Shown one piece after another: positions 27,859 to 37,816 of a DNA stretch of 64,000 nucleotides (positions within the stretch are counted from its first letter, which is position 1; each line of letters starts with the position of its first letter). The translations under genes and the position numbers were made by a program. The notes beneath the pieces were generated by a model, which saw only the letters and a list, made by a program, of their open reading frames with translations, ran no database searches and had not been told where the DNA came from. This DNA comes from Alphaproteobacteria bacterium (GTDB taxonomy: Bacteria > Pseudomonadota > Alphaproteobacteria > SP197): positions 3,200,001-3,264,000 of the forward strand of contig OZ245842.1 in assembly GCA_965228895.1 (NCBI GenBank). The letters are read 5' to 3'.

Positions 27859-28071
27859 ATGGACCTGGACGATCTGGAACTCGAACTGAACAAGCTGTTG
27901 TCGGGTGTCGAAAATCGCCCGGAAGACCGCCACGAACTGCACATGATGATCAAGGAAAAGCTCGGCGAGATGCGCGCCATGGGTATGCCGATCCCCGAAG
28001 ACCTCCTGCGCTTCGAAGCGGAGCTGGAAGAGGCCGAGGATTCGGAGCGGACGGAGGAGAAAAAGGACTGA
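27859..28071 (+). CDS. Small acidic helical hypothetical protein
   Basis: PEDRHELH..IKEKLGEMRAMGMPIPEDL; typical codon usage. Confidence 0.7.
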   Translation: MDLDDLELELNKLLSGVENRPEDRHELHMMIKEKLGEMRAMGMPIPEDLLRFEAELEEAEDSERTEEKKD

Positions 28072-28095
28072 GGTTCGAGAGACAGCCTTAAGAGG

Positions 28096-28746
28096 ATGCA
28101 GCAGAAGCCACGGCTGATCTCCTTCGACCTGGACGGCACGCTCGTCCACCGGTCGACAACCTGTCTGGAGCTGGCCAAGGCCCATGATTGCCTGGACGAG
28201 GTCATGGCGCTGGAGGCGGGTTACACCTGTGGCGAGATCACCCACCGTGAGTTTGCCGAGCGAAACGCGGCGGTCTATCGCGACTGGCCGCTGGAAGACG
28301 CCGAACGGGCGGCGCTTGCCCTGCCCCTGATCGACGGTCTCTCCGATACCGTTCGGACGTTGAAGGCGTCGGGCCCTCACATTCTGATCGTGACCGTCAC
28401 CTGGTCTTTTGTTGCGCTGGCGCTCGTGCGCTCGTTCGGCCTGGATGGTTTCGCCGGCGCCACCATGGGTGAGCGTGACGGCCGGTTGACCGGCGAAGTC
28501 ACCACCCATTTCGGCGAGGTCGACAAGCCGCGCTATGTCGAAGCCTATGGACGCGAACACGGTATCGGACTCAGCCAGTGCGTCGCGATCGGCGACAGCC
28601 GCTCGGATTTGCCGCTGTTCGCGGCGGTCGGCCATGCAATTGCGCTCAATGCCACCAACGACGCACGCGAAGCCGCCCATACGACCGTCGACACCGACGA
28701 CCTGCGCGACGTGTTGCCGCATATCGGTTTTGAACCGGCAGCCTAG
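28096..28746 (+). CDS. HAD family phosphatase (SerB-like)
   Basis: FDLDGTL; IGDSRSDLP. Confidence 0.88.
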   Translation: MQQKPRLISFDLDGTLVHRSTTCLELAKAHDCLDEVMALEAGYTCGEITHREFAERNAAVYRDWPLEDAERAALALPLIDGLSDTVRTLKASGPHILIVTVTWSFVALALVRSFGLDGFAGATMGERDGRLTGEVTTHFGEVDKPRYVEAYGREHGIGLSQCVAIGDSRSDLPLFAAVGHAIALNATNDAREAAHTTVDTDDLRDVLPHIGFEPAA

Positions 28747-28765
28747 ACATTCCCGCGACATTCCA

Positions 28766-28784
28766 TCCCGGCTCAAGGCCGGGA
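28766..28784. repeat. Short REP-like hairpin
   Basis: TCCCGGC-tcaag-GCCGGGA between convergent genes. Confidence 0.45.
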
Positions 28785-28816
28785 CGCGGAAACGTTCTTC
28801 GACGACCAATGGCGCC

Positions 28817-29695
28817 TTAGAACAGATTCACCTTCCTGGTCATCGACTGCCAGCGTTGCAGGCGTTCGCGCATGGCTTTGGGGTCGCGTTCGGCGACGGC
28901 GTGGACCAGCACGTTCAACGCGGCGACCAGCGCCCCGGTGGATTCGAGCAACAGGCCACTGCGTGACGGTGCGTGGACGATGAGGTCGGTGTAGCTCTGC
29001 GCCCAGTGACAGGACTCATCGGAGACGACGACGAGGTCGCGGCCGGCGTCGCGGCACATCTGGCATAGGACCGGCGCTTCACGCGCATAGGGCACGACGT
29101 CGACGACGATCACACAGTCCGCGTGACCGTCGCCGTCGGTCTGCGCGCTGCCGACCCATTCCGTCAGCATACTGTCGTGGGCCGCGAGAAAACGCACGTC
29201 GTCGCGGGCGATCGCCAGGCGGCGCGAGAAATCCTCGGCCGCGCCGCGCACCGACTGAAAGCCGGTGACAAAAACGTTGCGCGCTTCGGCCACCGTTTCG
29301 ACCAGGCGTTCGGCGCGATCGCCGGAGAACTGTTCGAAGACGGTGATGAGCGCCCTCACCTCGGAGTCCAGCATGTCCTTCAGCGGGTCATCGTCCAGCG
29401 TCGTGCTGCGCGCGAAGCCGAGCTGGCCGGCGCTCTGGTCAGCCTGCATTTCGCGTTTGAGGCCGGGCATGCCGCGATAGCCGAGACGGCTTAAGAGGCG
29501 GCTCACCGTGACCTCGCTGGTGCCGGCCTTCATGGCAATCGAGGCGCCGGTCTCGAAGCCCAGCTCGCCCGCGTTCAACAAAATGAACTGCGCGACCTTC
29601 GCCTCCTGGCGCGGCAGTGTCGGCATCAGCTCCTCGATCTGCGTGACGAAGCGCGGCTGGCTCGCCAACGGATGTGAGGAGAAGATTTCCTTCAT
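28817..29695 (-). CDS. MurR/RpiR family transcriptional regulator
   Basis: E.KVAQFIL, SEVTVSR..LGY HTH; SIS-like C-terminal domain. Confidence 0.9.
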   Translation of the reverse strand: MKEIFSSHPLASQPRFVTQIEELMPTLPRQEAKVAQFILLNAGELGFETGASIAMKAGTSEVTVSRLLSRLGYRGMPGLKREMQADQSAGQLGFARSTTLDDDPLKDMLDSEVRALITVFEQFSGDRAERLVETVAEARNVFVTGFQSVRGAAEDFSRRLAIARDDVRFLAAHDSMLTEWVGSAQTDGDGHADCVIVVDVVPYAREAPVLCQMCRDAGRDLVVVSDESCHWAQSYTDLIVHAPSRSGLLLESTGALVAALNVLVHAVAERDPKAMRERLQRWQSMTRKVNLF

Positions 29696-29743
29696 GAAAG
29701 CAATCTTTCAGACATTGACTTTGGAAGAATACTTTCATAGCGT
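29695..29743 (+). promoter_or_regulatory. ABC operon promoter with two palindromic operators
   Basis: TTGACT-N17-TAGCGT (29715-29743); TGAAAG-CAAT-CTTTCA (29695-29710); TGGAAG-AATA-CTTTCA (29722-29737). Confidence 0.65.
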
Positions 29744-29841
29744 TTCTGACAAATCAACGGGTTTGGGCGGCTGCGTTTCCGCATCGGCGTCGTCGCTCAC
29801 GACAACAACCGCGACGCGGCATGGATGAGGGGAGACGAGCT

Positions 29842-30906
29842 ATGAGCATTCCAACCAGCAAAGCGGCTGGGTTTTTGAAGAGCGCCGCAGCCGGCGTTGC
29901 GGCGGCCGCGCTGATTGCGTTGACGGCGCCGGCGGCCGAGGCCCAGGGCGAGCTCAATGTCTATAACTGGGGCGACTACATCAATCCGGAAGTGCTGAAG
30001 CGCTTCGAGGACGAAACCGGCATCAAGGTCAACCTGGATACCTACGGCACCAACGAGGAAATGCTGGCGAAGATCCAGGCTGGCGCGACGGGTTACGACA
30101 TCGTGTTCCCGTCGGTCCACATGCACGACATCATGTACAAGCTGGATCTGCTGTGGGAGAGCAACATCAATGAGAGCCCGGGCTTCGAGAACATCGATCC
30201 GGACTTTATCCGCGCTCAGACCGACCCTGAAGGTTCGTGGTGCCTGCCCTATGCCTGGGGCACGGTCGGCATCGTCTATAACAAGAACATCGTGCCGGAA
30301 CTGACGAGCTGGGAAGACTTCTTTGCCATTCCCGATGAGCACGGCGGCAAAATCACCATGCTAGACGATCTGCGCGAGACCATCGGCGTCGGCCTGATCG
30401 TCAACGGCTATTCGGTCAACACCGACAACCCCGACGAGATCAAGGTCGCCGAGGAGTACATCACCGAACGGCGCGACAACATCTCGGCCTTCACCTATGA
30501 CGTGATCCCGCTGGTGCAGTCCGGCGACATCGCCGCCGCCCACTGGTATGTCGGCGCCATGTACGCGGTGCTGCAGGATCCCGAAAACTTGGGCTACGTG
30601 ATCCCGTCGGAAGGCGCGACGATGTATCAGGAAGACATCTGCGTTCTCGAATCCGCGCCGAACAAGGAAAACGCGGTCAAGTTCATGGAGTTCTACATGC
30701 AGCCCGAGATCCCGGTGCTGAATGTCGAACAGCAGCTCAACGGCACGCCGAACATGGTGTCGCGCGAGATGCTGCCGGAGGAGTTCAAGAGCCACCCCGG
30801 CATGAACCCCTCAGCAGAGGTGATGGCCAAGCTGCAGATCTTCGAGGATCTGGGCGAAGACCTGAAGCTCTATGACCGGGCGTGGACCAGGATCCGCACC
30901 CAGTAA
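29842..30906 (+). CDS. Polyamine ABC transporter substrate-binding protein (PotD/PotF family)
   Basis: LNVYNWGDYI, NEEMLAK, GYDIVFPS, PYAWGTVG. Confidence 0.92.
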   Translation: MSIPTSKAAGFLKSAAAGVAAAALIALTAPAAEAQGELNVYNWGDYINPEVLKRFEDETGIKVNLDTYGTNEEMLAKIQAGATGYDIVFPSVHMHDIMYKLDLLWESNINESPGFENIDPDFIRAQTDPEGSWCLPYAWGTVGIVYNKNIVPELTSWEDFFAIPDEHGGKITMLDDLRETIGVGLIVNGYSVNTDNPDEIKVAEEYITERRDNISAFTYDVIPLVQSGDIAAAHWYVGAMYAVLQDPENLGYVIPSEGATMYQEDICVLESAPNKENAVKFMEFYMQPEIPVLNVEQQLNGTPNMVSREMLPEEFKSHPGMNPSAEVMAKLQIFEDLGEDLKLYDRAWTRIRTQ

Positions 30907-31002
30907 TCCCAGACCTGCGGGCGGGCGCTGCCAAACTTGCGGTGTCCGTCCGGCTTCTTCATCTTGTGACCTGCTTGGGCAGTTGGGGCGTTTGATCAAC
31001 AC

Positions 31003-32115
31003 ATGCTTGTTGTCATCTCCGAAGCGGTCAAGCGGTTCGCCGCGCCGGAAGGCGGCTTCATCAGCGCGCTTGATGCGGTCTCGCTTGATGTCGGCGACAG
31101 CGAGTTCGTCACCCTTCTAGGCCCGTCGGGCTGCGGCAAGACGACCCTGCTTCGCGCGATCAGCGGGTTCGAGGATCTGGACTCCGGTTCCATCACCATC
31201 GACGGCCAGGCGATGGAACACGTGCCGCCGCACAAGCGCCCAGTGAACACAGTCTTTCAGAACTACGCCCTCTTCCCGCACTTATCGGTCGGCGACAACA
31301 TTACCTACGGCCTTGAGGTCACCGGCTGCCCGAAGGCCGAGCGCAAGAAGCGCATGGCTGACGCGCTCGACCTGGTCGGGCTCGGCGGGTTCGAGCGGCG
31401 CAAACCGCGCCAGCTTTCCGGTGGTCAGCAGCAACGTGTCGCTCTGGCGCGCGCCATCGTCAACCGCCCGAAGCTGTTGCTGTTGGACGAGCCGCTCTCG
31501 GCACTCGACCGCAAGCTGCGCCAGGCGATGCAATTGGAACTGAAGAACATTCAAAACGAGCTCGGCATCTCGTTCGTCTTCGTGACCCATGACCAGGAAG
31601 AAGCGCTGACCATGTCGGACCGCATCATCGTGATGGATCACGGACGGGTGCAGCAGATGGGGACGCCGACGGAAATCTATGACGCGCCGGCCTCGATCTT
31701 CGTCGCCCAGTTCATCGGCGAGAGCAATCTGTTCGAAGGCCGGGTGTCGCGCGACGGCAACGCGGTCATGCTGGAAACCGAACACGGCCTGCGACTTTTC
31801 GCCACCGACAGCGCGGGCACGTTGACCAATGGCGGCCGCGCGACGGTGCTTCTTCGCCCTGAAGACCTGGATCTCGCGACGGACGACGATCAGGGCGGCA
31901 GCGATCACGCGCTGATCGACGCGACGCTTATGCAGACCGTCTTTGTCGGTTCCGACTTCCAGGTTGTCGCGCAGACCGCTGGCGGACAGGAGCTCAAGGC
32001 GACGATCCGCGATCCCTCGCGCAGCCTGGCGACGCGCCTGACCCATGGCGCGCCCGTGCGTTTTCGTTATCGCCACGACGCCACGCGACTGTTGCCGGCG
32101 GATCAGGCGTCATGA
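31003..32115 (+). CDS. Polyamine ABC transporter ATPase (PotA-like)
   Basis: GPSGCGKTT, LSGGQQQR, LLDEP, VTHDQEEA. Confidence 0.93.
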   Translation: MLVVISEAVKRFAAPEGGFISALDAVSLDVGDSEFVTLLGPSGCGKTTLLRAISGFEDLDSGSITIDGQAMEHVPPHKRPVNTVFQNYALFPHLSVGDNITYGLEVTGCPKAERKKRMADALDLVGLGGFERRKPRQLSGGQQQRVALARAIVNRPKLLLLDEPLSALDRKLRQAMQLELKNIQNELGISFVFVTHDQEEALTMSDRIIVMDHGRVQQMGTPTEIYDAPASIFVAQFIGESNLFEGRVSRDGNAVMLETEHGLRLFATDSAGTLTNGGRATVLLRPEDLDLATDDDQGGSDHALIDATLMQTVFVGSDFQVVAQTAGGQELKATIRDPSRSLATRLTHGAPVRFRYRHDATRLLPADQAS

Positions 32116-33020
32116 ACGGCAGCGCACGGGGCCGCCGCCGCGCGCATTTGATGCGGCTTCTGGCGCCGATCACGATCTTTCTCGGGATCTTTTTCCTCGC
32201 GCCGCTCTCGATCCTGTTCGTCTACGCCTTTCTGGAACCGGGCCTTTATGGCGGCGTCTCCTGGAACTTCTATCACCAGAACTACGGGCGCATCCTGGGC
32301 TGGGCCGACGGCATCTATGAAGAGTACGACCCCGTCTATATCCAGATCTTCCTGCGCTCGGTGCGCCTGGCGCTGACCACGGTCTTCGGCAGCCTGCTGA
32401 TCTGTTATCCCGCCGCGCTCTGGGTGAGCCGCCTGCCCGAACGCTGGAAGTCGTTCTGCATCTTCCTGATCACCTTGCCGTTTTTCGCCAGCCTCGTCGT
32501 GCGGCTGTTCGCGTGGATGCTGATCCTGAAACCCAGCGGCTGGATCAACGAGACGCTGCTGGCCTTGAGCCTGATCACCGAACCCTTCGACATGTTGTTT
32601 ACGGAAGGCGCGGTCATCGTCGGCATGATCTATGTCTTGATCCCCTTCATGTTCCTGCCGCTCTACGCGAGCCTCGAAAAACTCGACCGGAGCCTGATCG
32701 AAGCCAGCAGCGATCTGGGCGCCAACCGCTTGAAGACCTTCCTGCGCGTCACCCTGCCCCTGTCCCTGCCCGGCATCATTGGCGGCTCGATCATCGTCTT
32801 CATCCCGAGCCTCGGGAACTTCGTCGTGCCGGACCTTCTGGGCGGCGCCAAGGTCTTGATGATCGGCAACCTGATCGAGCAGCAGTTCCTGATGGCGAGG
32901 AACTGGCCGTTCGGGTCGGCGCTCGCCATGATGGTGCTCGCCGCCGTCCTGATCTTCCTGTTGATCTATGTCTCCGTCGTCACGCGCTCGGAAGACACGC
33001 GCGGGCAGCAGGGAGTCTAG
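32112..33020 (+). CDS. Polyamine ABC transporter permease (PotB-like)
   Basis: EASSDLGA loop; VPDLLGG; RNWPFGSA. Confidence 0.92.
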   Translation: MNGSARGRRRAHLMRLLAPITIFLGIFFLAPLSILFVYAFLEPGLYGGVSWNFYHQNYGRILGWADGIYEEYDPVYIQIFLRSVRLALTTVFGSLLICYPAALWVSRLPERWKSFCIFLITLPFFASLVVRLFAWMLILKPSGWINETLLALSLITEPFDMLFTEGAVIVGMIYVLIPFMFLPLYASLEKLDRSLIEASSDLGANRLKTFLRVTLPLSLPGIIGGSIIVFIPSLGNFVVPDLLGGAKVLMIGNLIEQQFLMARNWPFGSALAMMVLAAVLIFLLIYVSVVTRSEDTRGQQGV

Positions 33021-33022
33021 GG

Positions 33023-33871
33023 ATGCTGGAGCGCTTGACATACCGCCTGGCGCGGCTCAGCGGCAAAGCGCTGATGCTCTACGGCATCCTCTTCTTCTGT
33101 TTCGTCTACGCGCCGATGCTGATCATCCTGGTCTATTCGTTCAACGCGAACCCCATCAACATGATGTCATGGAGCGGGTTCACGTTCGACTGGTACCGCT
33201 CGATCTTCGGCCTCTCGAACAAACTCACCGAACAGGCGCTCTATATCGAATCGACGGAGCAGCTCACCAACGCGGTCATGAACAGCCTGATTGTCGCGTC
33301 GACGACAACCGCGATCTCGACGGTGATCGGCACCATGACGGCGCTTGCGCTCGCGCGCTACCGGTTCAAGGTGAAGGCGTTCTACCGCATGCTCGTCTTC
33401 ATGCCGATGATCATCCCCGACATCGTTCTGGGCCTGGCGCTGTTGATCTATTTCGTCACCATCGGCGTCAAGCTCGGCCTGACCACCATCATCATCGGCC
33501 ACTGCACCTTCTTAGGCAGCTATGTCTTCATCGTGGTGAGCGCGCGTCTCGCCGGCATGGACCAGACCTTTGAAGAAGCCTCTGCCGATCTGGGCGCCAA
33601 CAGCTGGACGACCTTCCGCCGCGTCACCCTGCCGCTCATCATGCCGGGCGTTATCGGCGGCGCGCTGCTCGCCTTCATCATCTCGATGGACGATCTCGTC
33701 ATCACCTATTTCATCGCCGGCGTCGACTCGACGACACTCCCCGTCTTCATCTACGGCATGCTGAGACGCGGCGTAAAACCGGAGATCAACGCCATCGCGA
33801 CCTTGATGATCCTCTTTTCGCTGATCGTCGCGTCGGCGGGGCTCTATTTCAGATCTCGATCGACGCGGTAA
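33023..33871 (+). CDS. Polyamine ABC transporter permease (PotC-like)
   Basis: YSFN, GFTFDWY, EEASADLGA, SMDD, PEINA. Confidence 0.92.
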   Translation: MLERLTYRLARLSGKALMLYGILFFCFVYAPMLIILVYSFNANPINMMSWSGFTFDWYRSIFGLSNKLTEQALYIESTEQLTNAVMNSLIVASTTTAISTVIGTMTALALARYRFKVKAFYRMLVFMPMIIPDIVLGLALLIYFVTIGVKLGLTTIIIGHCTFLGSYVFIVVSARLAGMDQTFEEASADLGANSWTTFRRVTLPLIMPGVIGGALLAFIISMDDLVITYFIAGVDSTTLPVFIYGMLRRGVKPEINAIATLMILFSLIVASAGLYFRSRSTR

Positions 33872-33882
33872 CGCCGACTGGA

Positions 33883-34596
33883 TCAAACGATCGCGTAGAC
33901 GTCGCCGGTGCCGGGGTCGCGGTAGTAGTCGACGCGTTCACCGTTCCAATGGTAGTCGAGGTGGCGGCCCTGGAGCGGGTTGGTGGCGAGGTCGGGGTAG
34001 AAGAGTCCGACGCGCTGGCCGCCGTCGCATCGGACGCTGCGGTAGGCAACGCCGTTGGAACCGCTGTCGCGCAACTGGGCGCCGAGTGCCTGCGCGGCCG
34101 TGTAGTTGTTGGCGTCGTGGACTTCGGCGAATGTCGGTTCGCCGGCGCGAAGATCGTGCAGGTCGCCGGCGACATCGAGGACGATCTCGCGGAACTGGGA
34201 CGCCCACCCCGCCGGTTCAGCGGTGCAGCCCATGAAGACTTCGTGGTGGTAGACGGTCTCCAACAGCGCGACGTCGAAGGCGTCGCCCGCATAGAGCACG
34301 CCAAAGGTGCCGTCGGTGAAGCGGCTGGGTCGGTCGGTGCTGATATGGGTGAAGGGCGCCATTAGAAAGGTCGCGCCCGGACCGCCGACGCGCCGGTCTT
34401 CGGGCACCAGATCAAGATTGCCGACGCTTTCCATCAGGCGCGGGTTGGTTTTCTGCTCAGCCGAGATCAGCAGCGGCCAGTCGGCGGGGTCGGCGATGTC
34501 TTCAAACAGGTCGATCGGCGGATAGCGGCTGTTGATGATACGTACCGCGCCCTGCCAAGCAACGGGCGTCGTCACGACCGAGCCGACGTCAATCAC
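33883..34596 (-). CDS. RES domain toxin (NAD+ phosphorylase family)
   Basis: RIINSRYPPIDLFE, SRFTDG.FGVLYA, ETVYH, YRSVR. Confidence 0.9.
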   Translation of the reverse strand: MIDVGSVVTTPVAWQGAVRIINSRYPPIDLFEDIADPADWPLLISAEQKTNPRLMESVGNLDLVPEDRRVGGPGATFLMAPFTHISTDRPSRFTDGTFGVLYAGDAFDVALLETVYHHEVFMGCTAEPAGWASQFREIVLDVAGDLHDLRAGEPTFAEVHDANNYTAAQALGAQLRDSGSNGVAYRSVRCDGGQRVGLFYPDLATNPLQGRHLDYHWNGERVDYYRDPGTGDVYAIV

Positions 34597-35009
34597 CAGG
34601 CGCCGCGCACGGCGTCGAGATAGCGGCGCACGCGCATGAGGTCGGTCATCTCGCCGCCCAGCATGACGTCGAGCGCAGTGCGCCCGCCAAACGCCTCGTT
34701 CGGCGCCTTGACCCAGGCGTAGGCGCGCTGGTTCTCGCGAAAGATGATCCGAAGCGCCTTGTGGATGCCCATGATGTTCGAGAGCCGCGCCTTGCCGTCG
34801 CGGCTGATCCGCCCGGGACCCTCCGCCTTCCAGCGGCCATAGGTGCGTGGTTTGAGATCGAGCAGCACCGCGGCTTCGTCATCGGTCACGCCCCAGCGGC
34901 GGAACAGGTTGACCGCCGCGCGAAACATCGCGGCGGCCTCGTCATCGGTGATGGGCGCGGGCACGAAGGCGGGCACACGGGTGTCGATGGGCTGTATCTG
35001 GGCCATCAT
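34593..35009 (-). CDS. Xre/MbcA/ParS antitoxin
   Basis: N-terminal HTH; W.KAPNEAFGG..ALDVM, VRRYLDA.RG; 4-nt overlap with the toxin. Confidence 0.9.
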   Translation of the reverse strand: MMAQIQPIDTRVPAFVPAPITDDEAAAMFRAAVNLFRRWGVTDDEAAVLLDLKPRTYGRWKAEGPGRISRDGKARLSNIMGIHKALRIIFRENQRAYAWVKAPNEAFGGRTALDVMLGGEMTDLMRVRRYLDAVRGAW

Positions 35010-35016
35010 GCTTTCT

Positions 35017-35036
35017 CCAATATGGCATTATATTGG
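35017..35036 (-). promoter_or_regulatory. Candidate toxin-antitoxin operator over a TATAAT -10 box
   Basis: CCAATAT-N6-ATATTGG inverted repeat overlapping minus-strand TATAAT. Confidence 0.5.
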
Positions 35037-35099
35037 CATTTCCTTGCCGTTTGGCAATACATACGAAGATGAAGCGGAGCGGCGCACGATGTCGGCCGT

Positions 35100-36431
35100 C
35101 TAGGCGTCCTTCTGCACCGACAGAAGCTCCCATTCACCGGGTATGCCTTTCAGCTCGGCGGTTCTTTCGGCGACGAACTCAATGCCGGACCCGACGGTCA
35201 GGTCTCTAACCGTCCGTGAGACCCATATTGAGTCGGGCCGCGCCTCGGCCGCGACCCGCGCTGCCAAATGGACGGCCAATCCGCTGAGATCATCGCCGCG
35301 TTTCTCGCATTCGCCCGTATGGACACCGGCGCGAATCGTGATGCCCAAGCGCGCGAGATCGCGGGCGGCAGCCATGCCACAGTGAATGGCGCTTGTCGGC
35401 CCTTCAAATGTCAGAAGAAGACCGTCACCGGTGGAGTTGATAACGTTGCCGTTGAACTGGCGGACATGACGGCGAAGAATCTGGTCGTGCTGATCGAGAA
35501 GACTGCGCCAGTCTTCATCTCCAATGCGTGCAGCCGTCGCAGTAGACTCGACGATATCGGTGATCATCACGGTCTCCAGCGTTCGCTGGGTCGGCGGTCC
35601 CGCTTGCGTACCGGTCACGAACTCTCTGATCTCCGAGGCTATCAAGTCTGCGTCCGCGGCCCAGTCAATGTGGTCGTCACTTGGCAGCTCCACCAACTTC
35701 GCGTTGGGGATGCATCGCGCGAGATAGCGGCCGTTCTCAACATTCGACCAGCGATCCCCTCTCGCTTGCAGCACCAACGTCCGCACCTGAATCGTCGACA
35801 GGATGCTGCGCACATCGACGTCGATCATGTTGCGGGAGAACAAGATGGCATCGCTGGGGCCGGCGCTGTAGCGAAGGTAACTCGCGAACCACTCGCGTGC
35901 ATGATCGTCATGCGCAAGGCTCGGTGCACCCTCGTTCAGATCGAAGGGACCACCCCAGTTCCTTTCCAGATCGTCAATCCACCTCTCCCATTCCTCGCGC
36001 GAACGGCGCCAGGGGTATTCAGGGGTTCCGTGGCCGATGGGAAACGAGCCGCATAGTATGAGAGAGTGGGTGCGCTCAGGATAAGTCGCGGCGAACAGCA
36101 TGCTCATAAACCCGCCCTCCGACGAAGCGTAGATGGCGGCGCGTTCGGACCCCGCGGCATCCATCACGGCGCGTACATCCTCCAGGCGTTGCTCGAGCGT
36201 TGGGAAGCCGACATTGCGGTCGGACATCCCGGTTCCGCGTTTGTCGAACCGGATGAGGCGTGAGAATCCAGCCAGCTTGTTCAGGAACCCGGCATAGCGC
36301 GGGAATTCCCAGGCGTACTCGACGTTCGACAACCAGCCGGGGACATAGACGAGGTCGAGCGGCGCGTCACCGGTAAGCTGATAGGCGATAGAAACATCGC
36401 CGCTTTTTGCAAACTTAGTCTGGTTCTGCAC
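35100..36431 (-). CDS. Alpha/beta hydrolase-class III adenylate cyclase fusion (LipJ-like)
   Basis: FDKRGTGMSD, SSEGG; TDIVEST, TGDG, RAGVHTGE, VHLAARV. Confidence 0.9.
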   Translation of the reverse strand: MQNQTKFAKSGDVSIAYQLTGDAPLDLVYVPGWLSNVEYAWEFPRYAGFLNKLAGFSRLIRFDKRGTGMSDRNVGFPTLEQRLEDVRAVMDAAGSERAAIYASSEGGFMSMLFAATYPERTHSLILCGSFPIGHGTPEYPWRRSREEWERWIDDLERNWGGPFDLNEGAPSLAHDDHAREWFASYLRYSAGPSDAILFSRNMIDVDVRSILSTIQVRTLVLQARGDRWSNVENGRYLARCIPNAKLVELPSDDHIDWAADADLIASEIREFVTGTQAGPPTQRTLETVMITDIVESTATAARIGDEDWRSLLDQHDQILRRHVRQFNGNVINSTGDGLLLTFEGPTSAIHCGMAAARDLARLGITIRAGVHTGECEKRGDDLSGLAVHLAARVAAEARPDSIWVSRTVRDLTVGSGIEFVAERTAELKGIPGEWELLSVQKDA

Positions 36432-36634
36432 AACGTTGGTCCGCCATTTCGTCCAATCACCGGCATACGACAGAGACGAGAATACGCTGAGCGCTCCAAT
36501 GGCACCACGGCGTGCGGCAATGCGCGAAACTTGTGATTAGCGCACCAACCCAAAGCAGCAGGCAAAAGACTCGCAGCGATCGCCGCCCTATCATAGCCTC
36601 TTGTCTGATACAGGCGATGCAAGGGGCAAGCATC

Positions 36635-37807
36635 ATGGCATCGGAACTTTCCGGTTTACTGGCGGCTGCCGAGGACTATCTCGACCTGCCGGTCGAGCGG
36701 ATCCGTACCTTCGAACCCGGTCACTACACGTCCGAGGCCTTCTACGATCTGGAGGTCGAGCACATCTGGAAGAAGGAGTGGATCAATGTCGGCCATGTCA
36801 GCGAGGTTCGTAACCCCGGCGACTATTTCACCATCGAACTGATCGGCGAGCCGATGATGATTGTGCGCGGGGCGGACATGAAACTGCGCGCGCTCTCCAC
36901 CGTCTGCCGGCACCGCTACATGCTGGTGTCGAAAAACATGGAGGCGGGCAACAAGCAGCGCTTCGTCTGTCCCTATCATCATTGGACCTACGACACCGCG
37001 GGCCAGCTCGTGCACGCCATGTACATGGAAGGCAACCAGGACTTCGACCAGGCGACGATCTGCCTGCCCGAGTTTCGGCTGGAAGTGTGGAACGATCTGA
37101 TCTGGGTCAACCTGGACGACAACGCGCCGCCCTTCGCGCCGAAGGTCGAGGCGCTCGACGACCTCTTCAGTGTCTATGCGCCCGGCGATCACTGGGAAAT
37201 GACCAACCACTACGACAAGATCTGGCCCGGCAACTGGAAGAATTTCTGCGAGAACAACATGGAGGGCTACCACCACATGGGCCTCCACAAAAACACGCTG
37301 GAGATCTATTCGCCGACGCGCAACACGACGAACATCGAATACGGCGAATACTGGACGCGCTATCAGGTGCTCTACGACATGGATCTGGAGATGGCGAAGG
37401 GGCTGGTCGAGCAAACCGACTGGAAACCCGGCGACATGAAGCAGAACCACCCGGCGCTGGATATCCTGATGATCCACCCGGCGAACGCCTTTGTGATCTA
37501 TCCGGGCGGCGCCGGCTTCTATTCGCTGTGGCCGACCGCCGTCGACGAGGTGCGTTACCGCGCGGGCTCGATCAGACCGATCGGCGGGGACATGGACCGC
37601 TTTACCGCCGACGGCGACGAATACGATTCCATGCGCCCGCTGGACGAAGACGGCGAGAGCATGCCGCACATCGCCAAAGGCGTGCGCTCATCGAAGGCCG
37701 CCGCCGGTTACCTGACCTGGATGGAAGAGCCGATCCTGCGCTGGATGCAGTGGATTTCCAGACGGGTGCTGGACGGCGCGGCGGCGCGGCGGCGCGGCAT
37801 TAGCTAG
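36635..37807 (+). CDS. Rieske oxygenase alpha subunit
   Basis: CRH..CPYHHW Rieske ligands; NWK..ENNMEGYHH.GLH mononuclear iron motif. Confidence 0.92.
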   Translation: MASELSGLLAAAEDYLDLPVERIRTFEPGHYTSEAFYDLEVEHIWKKEWINVGHVSEVRNPGDYFTIELIGEPMMIVRGADMKLRALSTVCRHRYMLVSKNMEAGNKQRFVCPYHHWTYDTAGQLVHAMYMEGNQDFDQATICLPEFRLEVWNDLIWVNLDDNAPPFAPKVEALDDLFSVYAPGDHWEMTNHYDKIWPGNWKNFCENNMEGYHHMGLHKNTLEIYSPTRNTTNIEYGEYWTRYQVLYDMDLEMAKGLVEQTDWKPGDMKQNHPALDILMIHPANAFVIYPGGAGFYSLWPTAVDEVRYRAGSIRPIGGDMDRFTADGDEYDSMRPLDEDGESMPHIAKGVRSSKAAAGYLTWMEEPILRWMQWISRRVLDGAAARRRGIS

Positions 37808-37816
37808 AGCTCGGCC

